Assembly (NCBI RefSeq): GCF_001017655.1
Contig: NZ_CP010904.1
Span: forward strand, 2,730,001 to 2,762,000
Direction of reading: 5' to 3'
Source: Kiritimatiella glycovorans
Lineage (GTDB): Bacteria > Verrucomicrobiota > Kiritimatiellia > Kiritimatiellales > Kiritimatiellaceae
DNA length: 32,000 nucleotides
Shown here: positions 8,332-15,235 of the stretch, in pieces
Numbering within the stretch: the first letter of the stretch is position 1
Layout: each line of letters opens with the position of its first letter
Translations under genes and position numbers: made by a program
The notes under the pieces: model-generated
What the model was told of the DNA's origin: nothing
The model's input: only the letters and a program-made list of their open reading frames with translations
Database searches by the model: none

Positions 8332-8682
8332 ATGGCGGATTATCATGAAGATCAACTCAGCGAAGCGTCGATGAACGCCTCGCGCGCATTGAAGAGTGTG
8401 AAGGAGGAGATCGAGGCGGTCGACTGGTACAACCAGCGTGTGGACGCTACGAATGATCAGGAGCTTGCGAAGATTCTGGCCCACAACCGCGACGAAGAGA
8501 TTGAGCACGCCTGCATGGTGCTGGAGTGGCTGCGACGCAACATGCCCGGCTGGGACGAGCAGATGAAAACCTATCTGTTTACGCAGGGCGACATCACTCT
8601 TCTCGAAGAAGAGGGTGAAGGCGGCGAAGAGGGCGGAGAGGCCCCCGCGGGCGGCGATCTGGCCATCGGAAAAATCGAGTAA
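8332..8682 (+). CDS. Encapsulated ferritin-like cargo protein (EncFtn) with C-terminal encapsulin targeting peptide
   Basis: 116 aa with the ferritin-like EEIEH di-iron motif region (NRDEEIEHACMVLEWLRR). A Gly/Glu-rich linker precedes the C-terminal GGDLAIGKIE, which resembles family-1 cargo-loading peptides. AAAGGAGG RBS lies upstream. The gene sits immediately 5' of the shell gene. Confidence 0.85.
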   Translation: MADYHEDQLSEASMNASRALKSVKEEIEAVDWYNQRVDATNDQELAKILAHNRDEEIEHACMVLEWLRRNMPGWDEQMKTYLFTQGDITLLEEEGEGGEEGGEAPAGGDLAIGKIE

Positions 8683-8697
8683 GAGGGGAGGCAACGC

Positions 8698-9492
8698 ATG
8701 GATAATCTCAGGAAAGAACTCGCGCCGATCTCCGAAGAGGGTTGGCAGGAAATCAATGAGCAGGCCCGGCGCGTACTGCGCAACAATCTCAGCGCCCGCC
8801 GTTTCGCGGACGTCGACGGGCCGAAGGGCTGGGACTGCACTTCCGTCTCGCTCGGTCGCCTGAATGTTCCGGAAAAGCAGGCGGACCATGACGTGCGCTA
8901 CGGGGTCCACCTCGTGCAGCCGCTCGTCGAGGCACGGGTGTCGTTCAAGCTGAAGACGTGGGAACTCGACAACGCCGTTCGTGGCGCGGAGGACATCGAC
9001 CTCGAACCGCTCGAGGACGCCGCCGCGAAAATCGCCGCCTTCGAGGACGCCGCCGTGTATTACGGGTTCGATGCGGGCTGCATCCGGGGTCTCAAGGCGG
9101 AGTCGGATCACAAGGCGCTCAAGTGGCCGGAAAAGGCCGAGGACGCGCTCGGGACCGTTCAGGACGGCGTTCAGGCGCTGCGAGCCGCATCGGTCGAAGG
9201 ACCGTACAACCTGGTCATCGACGCCAAGCGGTGGAAGGCCGTGGAAAGCCATGTCGGCGGCTATCCGCTCAGGAACCGCATTCAGGACGCCCTCGGCGGA
9301 AAGGTCATCGTATCACCCAACGTCAAAAACGCCTTCCTCGTCTCCGGACGCGGCGGCGATTTCCGACTGACGCTCGGCGCCGATCTCTCGATCGGCTACG
9401 AAGGCCACGATACCGAATCGGTCCAGCTCTACCTCACCGAATCGTTCACCTTCCAGGTGCTCGACCCGGCGGCGGCGGTCGTGCTCGCGTAA
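8698..9492 (+). CDS. Family 1 encapsulin nanocompartment shell protein (HK97-fold, linocin M18-like)
   Basis: 264 aa. MDNLRKELAPISEEGWQEINEQARRVLRNNLSARRFADVDGPKGWD... matches the conserved family-1 encapsulin N-terminus. Length is typical. The start is 16 nt after the EncFtn stop, with a GAGGGGAGG RBS. Confidence 0.9.
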   Translation: MDNLRKELAPISEEGWQEINEQARRVLRNNLSARRFADVDGPKGWDCTSVSLGRLNVPEKQADHDVRYGVHLVQPLVEARVSFKLKTWELDNAVRGAEDIDLEPLEDAAAKIAAFEDAAVYYGFDAGCIRGLKAESDHKALKWPEKAEDALGTVQDGVQALRAASVEGPYNLVIDAKRWKAVESHVGGYPLRNRIQDALGGKVIVSPNVKNAFLVSGRGGDFRLTLGADLSIGYEGHDTESVQLYLTESFTFQVLDPAAAVVLA

Positions 9493-9517
9493 GCGGGCGG
9501 GAAAAAACCGCGGCAGG

Positions 9518-10240
9518 CGGGGAGGTCGTGGAAATCGGGGGGATCGTGGCAATCGGGGAAGTCGTGTCAACGGCCCTCACGGGCCTCGTGGCAGTCGGGG
9601 GAAATGTCGTTCCCCCGAGGCGCGCAGCGCCGTTGCCACGTTCCCCCCCCGAGGCCGAAGGCCGTTGCCTCGAGCGCAGCGTTCCCCCGAGGCGCGCAGC
9701 GCCGTTGCCTCGAGCGAAGCGTGGAAGATCGTGGCAATCGGGGAAGTCGTGTCAACGGCCCTTACGGGCCTCGTGGCAGACGGGGGAAATGCCGTTCCCA
9801 CGAGGCGCGCAGCGCCGTTTTCACGTTTCCCCCCCGAGGCCGAAGGCCGTTGCCTCGAGCGAAGCGTGGAAAATCGTGGCAGTCGAGGAAGTCGTGTCAA
9901 CGGCCCTTACGGGCCTCGTGGCAGACGGGGGAAATGCCGTTCCCACGAGGCGCGCAGCGCCGTTTTCACGTTCCCCCCCCGAGGCCGAAGGCCGTTTCCA
10001 CGAGCGAAGCGTGGAAGATCGTGGCAATCGAGGAAGTCGTGTCAACGGCCCTCTCGGGCCTCGTGGCAGTCGGGGGAAATGCCGTTCCCACGAGGCGCGC
10101 AGCGCCGTTTTCACGTTTCCCCCCCGAGGCCGAAGGCCGTTTCCACGAGCGAAGCGTCCCCCCCGAGCGAAGCGTTGCCCCGAGGCGCGCAGCGCCGTTG
10201 CCACGTTCCCCCCTCACGTTCCCCCGAGCCACGCAGCGTT
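9518..10240 (+). repeat. Hairpin-module array 3 (about 0.72 kb; inverted relative to arrays 1 and 2)
   Basis: Plus strand carries the reverse complements of the array 1/2 modules: GGCGCGCAGCGCC (6), GGCCGAAGGCC (4), GCGAAGC (5), GCGCAGC (1). It also has 4 GGCCC-N4-GGGCC hairpins (loops TCAC, TTAC, TTAC, TCTC). A 145-bp higher-order unit starts at 9746, 9891 and 10036; the first two copies differ at about 6 positions. Confidence 0.9.
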
Positions 10241-10268
10241 TGTCTGCCAAGAACCCTGAGGAATCTCC

Positions 10269-12188
10269 ATGAACTGGTCTGAACTGCTGAACGAATCCCA
10301 GGCCGCCGCGGTCACGGCGCCCGACGGACCCGTACTCGCCATTGCCGCCGCGGGTACCGGCAAGACACGCACGCTTACCTGCCGGGTCGCCCACCTGGTC
10401 TGCGAACGTGAAATCCCGCCCGACCGAATTCTGCTGCTGACGTTCACCAACAAGGCGGCCGACGAGATGCTCGAACGGGCGCGTTCGATGGCGGGCGACG
10501 AAGTCAGCGGGCTTTGGGGCGGGACGTTTCATCATCTTGCCAACCGGCTGCTGCGGCGACACGCCGACCGGCTCGGGTTCGGGCTCGACTACACCATCCT
10601 CGACTCCGACGACACGAAAAAGCTGCTGCGCACCGTCACGCTCGAACTGGGCCTGAAGGGAAAGCACTTCCCGAAACCCGGCGTGCTCTCCAGCGTGTTC
10701 GGTGTGGCCGCGAATACCGAGCGCGGGATCGAGGACCTCGCCCGGGAGTGGTTCGAGGACAGCGACGTGCAGCCCGAACAGGTGGTCGACGTCTACCATG
10801 AATACGAACAGCGTAAACGGTCGCTCAACTCGATGGATTTCGACGATCTTCTCATTCACGCCCTGAACCTGATCCGCGATCAGCAGGACCTGCGCGAACA
10901 GTACCAGGAACGTTTTCGCTATATCCTGGTGGACGAATACCAGGACACCAGCGCCATCCAGGCGGAGTGGGTCGATCTACTCGCCGGCGGACACCGCAAT
11001 CTGATGGTGGTCGGCGACGACTTCCAGAGCATCTACTCGTGGCGCGGCGCGAATTACCGCAATATCCTGCATTTCCAGGAACGCTACCCGGACGCCCGGG
11101 TCTATAAACTTGAGACCAATTACCGGAGCAGCCCCGAGATCCTCGAGGTCGCCAACCGCTGCATCGCCGGTAACCCGCACCAGTTTCAGAAAAACCTGCG
11201 CGCCGTGCGCGAGCACGCTCCCAGGCCCCGGCTAGCCCGCATGCTCGACAGCCGCCGGCAGGCGAGGTACGTCCTTCAGCGCGTACGCGAGTTCGAGCGC
11301 AACGGCGTTTCGCTCGAAGACATGGCCGTCCTCTACCGCTCCCACTTCCACGCCCTCGACCTGCAGCTCGAACTCACCCGCGAAAACCTCCCCTTTACCC
11401 TGACCTCCGGCGTCCGCTTCTTCGAGCAGGCCCACATAAAAGACGTCTGCACCCTGCTGCGACTGCTGGAGAATCCGGGCGACGAACTGGCGTTCGCACG
11501 CCTGCTCGAAATGTTCCCCAAAGTCGGCGCCAAAACGGCGCAGAAGATTTGGGATAAGATCGGGCGCCGGTTCCGTGCACGCTCTCCCGACGAGTGTGTG
11601 CGGGTGCGCGATTCGCTTCCGAGCGCCGCCAAGGCCTCGTGGATGGCCGCCGAACCGATCTTCCTCGCCTACCGCGAGGAAGGACTGGACGAGGATCCGG
11701 GCGAGATCGTCTTTCGCTTCGTCAGGGAATTCTACCGCGAATACGCCGTGGAGACCTTCGATAACGCCCGCAACCGGCTCGAAGATATCGATGCGCTGAT
11801 CGACTTCACGTCGCGCTACACCAGTACGCAGCAATTCCTCAGCGAGACCGCCCTCCTGAGCAGCCTCGAGTCCACCACCTCCGGTCCCGGCGCCGACGCC
11901 GGCGGACTCCGCCTCAGCACGATCCACCAGGCCAAGGGGCTCGAATGGAAGATCGTCTTCGTGATCTGGCTCAGCGAGGAGATGTTCCCCAGTGCCCGCG
12001 CGGAAGCCGACACGGAAAAACTGGCCGAGGAACGCCGGCTGTTCTACGTCGCCACCACCCGCGCCGAAGACCGCCTGTTTCTCTGCACCCCGGAACGCAA
12101 GCAGACCCGCGACGGCGGACTGATGCCCTGCGAACCCTCGCGCTTCCTCCGCGAACTCCCCGCCGAATGCGTCGAACTGGAACTCTAG
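10269..12188 (+). CDS. UvrD/PcrA/Rep-family ATP-dependent DNA helicase
   Basis: 639 aa with a Walker A motif (AAAGTGKTRTL), LVDEYQDTS (motif II), SIYSWRGA and the C-terminal TIHQAKGLEW and YVATTRAEDRL motifs of SF1 UvrD-like helicases. Confidence 0.85.
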   Translation: MNWSELLNESQAAAVTAPDGPVLAIAAAGTGKTRTLTCRVAHLVCEREIPPDRILLLTFTNKAADEMLERARSMAGDEVSGLWGGTFHHLANRLLRRHADRLGFGLDYTILDSDDTKKLLRTVTLELGLKGKHFPKPGVLSSVFGVAANTERGIEDLAREWFEDSDVQPEQVVDVYHEYEQRKRSLNSMDFDDLLIHALNLIRDQQDLREQYQERFRYILVDEYQDTSAIQAEWVDLLAGGHRNLMVVGDDFQSIYSWRGANYRNILHFQERYPDARVYKLETNYRSSPEILEVANRCIAGNPHQFQKNLRAVREHAPRPRLARMLDSRRQARYVLQRVREFERNGVSLEDMAVLYRSHFHALDLQLELTRENLPFTLTSGVRFFEQAHIKDVCTLLRLLENPGDELAFARLLEMFPKVGAKTAQKIWDKIGRRFRARSPDECVRVRDSLPSAAKASWMAAEPIFLAYREEGLDEDPGEIVFRFVREFYREYAVETFDNARNRLEDIDALIDFTSRYTSTQQFLSETALLSSLESTTSGPGADAGGLRLSTIHQAKGLEWKIVFVIWLSEEMFPSARAEADTEKLAEERRLFYVATTRAEDRLFLCTPERKQTRDGGLMPCEPSRFLRELPAECVELEL

Positions 12189-12229
12189 TGTCACTCAGGT
12201 CTCAAGTTTCAGGTCTCCCACTCCCTCTT

Positions 12230-12253
12230 ACTCTGACTCTGACTCTGACTCTG
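12230..12253. repeat. Hexanucleotide microsatellite (ACTCTG)x4
   Basis: Four perfect tandem ACTCTG units flanked by related CTCTTA and ATTCTT hexamers. They lie in the helicase-flippase intergenic region, just right of a CTCAAGTTTCAGG motif (12210-12222). Confidence 0.8.
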
Positions 12254-12283
12254 ATTCTTCCCCACGTCCCTTCTTCCCGCCCC

Positions 12284-12427
12284 CAGCAGTTCTCATTATG
12301 GCCGCATTCCGACCGCGGACGGCGTGGCAGCCGTCCCTCCCGAGTCGATATCCGACGCATTTTCGGGCACTGGGAGGGTCGGGTGCCACCCCGACCGAAA
12401 AGGGTGAAGCCATAATGAGAATCGCTG
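12284..12427. mobile_element. 144-bp MITE, copy 1 (19-bp imperfect TIRs, 9-bp TSD TCCCGCCCC)
   Basis: Left end is CAGCAGTTCTCATTATGGC. The right end GCCATAATGAGAATCGCTG has reverse complement CAGCGATTCTCATTATGGC. Direct duplications TCCCGCCCC lie at 12275-12283 and 12428-12436. It matches copy 2 at 143/144 positions. Confidence 0.8.
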
Positions 12428-12552
12428 TCCCGCCCCCCCGCCTTTCCCCGGACGACGGGCCGCCGAAGGCGATTCCCACTCCGCTCTTGGCCCTCGCTAA
12501 TCCCCGCGGAGTCTGGTATGAGGAATCGCAACACGAAACGCGTGAGGCCTGA

Positions 12553-14049
12553 ATGCCGGGAAAGACACAGCGAGCGCTCCGCAATTCGGCGATCCAGGGG
12601 GTCTCCCAGGTCCTGACCTGGTCGCTCTCCTGGGTTCTACTGATCATGCTCCCCCGGTTTCTGGGGGATGAAGGCTTCGGCACGCTCTTCTTCGCCCTGT
12701 CCTACGGCACGATCTTCGGGACCCTGCTGAACCTGGGGATCAACAAATACCTCGTCAGAGAAGTCGCCGTCCTCAATCCCATCGATAAGCCGGGTGATGA
12801 ACAGGACGTCTTCCGCGAGAAAATCCGCCGGCTGCTCGGCAGCGTGTTCGCCATGAAACTCGCACTCGCGGTCGCGGTCTACGCGCTCATGGCCGTAACC
12901 GTGGTGCTTCTCCCCTACGACCGCGAGACCGTGCGCGCGGTCTGGATCATCGCCCTGGCCGTATGCATCGGCGACATGACCCTCACGCTCGGCAGTGTGT
13001 TCCAGGGGTTCGAGAACATGATGCCGCCCAACTTCGGACTGATCGCCGAGAAGGCCCTCACGACCGGCATCGCCGCCGCGCTGCTCCTGACGGGCCACGG
13101 TCTTCTCCTCGTCTGCTGGGTCTACGTGGGTGCCGCCGCGCTCAACTTCGCGATCGTACTGGGCCTCCTGCTCCGGCGCATCTCCTTTCGCCCCGTCTGG
13201 GACGCAGCGATCATGCGCGCCGTGTTTCTCGGCGGACTTCCTTTCCTGATCTGGGTGATCTTCGGCCAGATCTATGCGCGCATCGACGCCTTCATGCTTT
13301 CGCTGATGGTCGACAAGGCGGTGGTCGGCTGGTACGGCGCCGCCTTCCGGCTGTACAGCACCCTGCTGTTCATCCCGCACATGCTCAACACGGTGGTGTT
13401 CCCCCCGCTCGCGCGCATGGGCGCCGACGAGGAACAGGGCGCCGATTTCGCCCGGGCGTCCGAGCGGCTGCTCAACCTGCTCCTCTTCATCGCCATCCCC
13501 ATCGGCGCAGGCACCGCGCTGGTCGCCGGCCCGCTCGTACGGCTGCTCTACGGCGAGGGTCCGTTCCTGAATACCATCCCCAACCTGCAGATTTTCGGCG
13601 GGAGCATCGTGCTGGTGTGTATCGACGTCATGCTCGGCTCCATCCTGATCTCCCGCGGACTCCAGAAACAGTGGGCCTGGATGGCCGTAGCCGCGGCGGC
13701 GTTCAACCCGGTCATGAATGCCTGGATGATCCCGCTCACCCAGAAACTCTACGGCAACGGCGGGATCGGTGCCGCCTGGGCCACCCTGCTGACCGAGCTG
13801 CTCATGATGGGCGGCGCACTCTACCTCATGCCCCGCGGCATCCTGCGCCCGCAAAGCATCGTCGTCGGGCTCAAGGGACTGCTCGCCGCCGCGCTGATGT
13901 CCGCGGCCGTGATCGCGGTCGAATCCGACAACCTCTTCGTCGTGATCGCGGTCGGAGCCGCCGTGTACGTCCCGGCCGCGCTTCTGCTCGGCATCCCCCC
14001 CCGCAAAGACCTCCGTCACCTGCTCCACGCCCTGAAAATCGTGCGGTAG
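12553..14049 (+). CDS. MOP-superfamily polysaccharide/oligosaccharide flippase (Wzx-like)
   Basis: 498 aa with about 12-14 hydrophobic segments. The N-terminus (RNSAIQGVSQVLTWSLSWVLLIMLPRFLGDEGFG) is typical of polysaccharide biosynthesis (Polysacc_synt) proteins. Confidence 0.75.
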   Translation: MPGKTQRALRNSAIQGVSQVLTWSLSWVLLIMLPRFLGDEGFGTLFFALSYGTIFGTLLNLGINKYLVREVAVLNPIDKPGDEQDVFREKIRRLLGSVFAMKLALAVAVYALMAVTVVLLPYDRETVRAVWIIALAVCIGDMTLTLGSVFQGFENMMPPNFGLIAEKALTTGIAAALLLTGHGLLLVCWVYVGAAALNFAIVLGLLLRRISFRPVWDAAIMRAVFLGGLPFLIWVIFGQIYARIDAFMLSLMVDKAVVGWYGAAFRLYSTLLFIPHMLNTVVFPPLARMGADEEQGADFARASERLLNLLLFIAIPIGAGTALVAGPLVRLLYGEGPFLNTIPNLQIFGGSIVLVCIDVMLGSILISRGLQKQWAWMAVAAAAFNPVMNAWMIPLTQKLYGNGGIGAAWATLLTELLMMGGALYLMPRGILRPQSIVVGLKGLLAAALMSAAVIAVESDNLFVVIAVGAAVYVPAALLLGIPPRKDLRHLLHALKIVR

Positions 14050-14145
14050 AGGGATCATTGACCGCATTTTCAGGTTCAGACGGAACATTTCTTGATCTGC
14101 CGCGAAAGTTTCGCCAGTATTTCGGAAAGTGAAAGGAGTTCGCGG

Positions 14146-15180
14146 ATGAAGAAGGTTACTGTGTACACGCTCAGCGAAGAGCTTGGGGTCAGTCCGGCCA
14201 CGATCAGCAAAGCCCTTAACAATTCGCCGGAAATCAGTCCCGCGACCATCGAACGCATCCGTAAAAAGGCCGACGAATACGGCTTCCGGCCGCGGCCGAT
14301 CGTCTCACGCACCACCAATATCTGCGCCCTGATCCAGACCCCGGCGTCGGAGATGAGCTGCTTTTCGCCCTACACGGTCTCGGCCATGGAGGGGATGCTG
14401 AAGTATCTCCAGGAGGCGGGGCTCGAATTTTCGCTCTACCGCGACGAGGTGAGCAAGCTGAACGCAGGGCTGCTGCTCAGGCAGCTCGGCCGGCGCGGGA
14501 TCAATGGCGCCGTGCTGATCAACACCGACGAAGACAGCGCGTTTTACGCGGAATTCGAACAGCAGCACTTCGCCTACTGTTCGCTGCTGACCAACGACGG
14601 CCGTTCGGAACGCCTGCTGAGCATCGATAATGTTCAGGCGGCGTGCGAAGCGGTTCAGTATCTGATTCAACTCGGACACCGGCGTATCGGAACGCTGGTC
14701 ACCCCCGCCCACGGGGTCACCGGCCGTGACCGGCTGAAGGGCTACCGGAAGGCGCTGAAGGACTCGGGACTCGGGGTGGACCCGGAAGTTATTGTCGCTT
14801 CGGAGTTCGGCGAGGACGGCCTGGAGTTCGGAAACCGCGAAACGCTCGCGCTTCTGGACCGCCATCCGGACATCACCGCCCTTTTTGTTATGGGCGAGCG
14901 CGTGGCCGTCGGGGCGCTGCACGCCTTCTATCAGCGGGGACTCAAAGTGCCCGAGGACGTCTCCCTGCTCTCCTGCGACGACCCTCCGGAAGTGGCCTAC
15001 CTCTGCCCGCCCCTCACGGTCATGCGCATCCCGAACCGCAAGCTGGGTTATACCGCGGCGCGCTGGGTGCATGATATGATCGAAGGTACGGCGCGCGAGC
15101 GCTATCCCCACGAACCCTGGATGCGCGGCGAACTCGTGCTCCGCCAGAGCACCGGTCCCGTACGAAAAACCCAGCCCTGA
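14146..15180 (+). CDS. LacI-family transcriptional regulator
   Basis: N-terminal HTH (VTVYTLSEELGVSPATISKALNNSPEISPATIERIRKKADEYGFRP) followed by a periplasmic-binding-fold sugar-sensor domain. The ATG at 14146 follows an AAGGAG RBS by about 8 nt; the track start at 14092 is less likely. Confidence 0.85.
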   Translation: MKKVTVYTLSEELGVSPATISKALNNSPEISPATIERIRKKADEYGFRPRPIVSRTTNICALIQTPASEMSCFSPYTVSAMEGMLKYLQEAGLEFSLYRDEVSKLNAGLLLRQLGRRGINGAVLINTDEDSAFYAEFEQQHFAYCSLLTNDGRSERLLSIDNVQAACEAVQYLIQLGHRRIGTLVTPAHGVTGRDRLKGYRKALKDSGLGVDPEVIVASEFGEDGLEFGNRETLALLDRHPDITALFVMGERVAVGALHAFYQRGLKVPEDVSLLSCDDPPEVAYLCPPLTVMRIPNRKLGYTAARWVHDMIEGTARERYPHEPWMRGELVLRQSTGPVRKTQP

Positions 15181-15235
15181 CAAGGCTTCCCGGTCACGAA
15201 CACGAACCCGATAAACCCGAAAGGACCCCTCCGCC

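Noticed and set aside
8332-9492. HK97-fold shell gene considered as a sign of a prophage or capsid remnant.
   Set aside because: No terminase, portal, protease, integrase or tail genes are nearby. The sequence matches family-1 encapsulins, and a cargo gene with a targeting peptide is adjacent.
12298-12552. ORFs 12298..12552(+) and 26499..26753(+) share the segment MAAFRPRTAWQPSLPSRYPTHFRALGGSGATPTEKGEAIMRIA. This might be a conserved small protein.
   Set aside because: The shared part is exactly the MITE DNA, and the sequences diverge at the element boundary. Minus-strand ORFs over the same DNA are equally open. The simplest explanation is repeat-derived spurious ORFs.
14102-14114. GCGAAAGTTTCGC palindrome upstream of the LacI gene, considered as an operator.
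   Set aside because: It has only 6-bp arms around an odd central base. LacI-family operators are usually longer and even, with a central CG. A match of this size is not clearly above chance.
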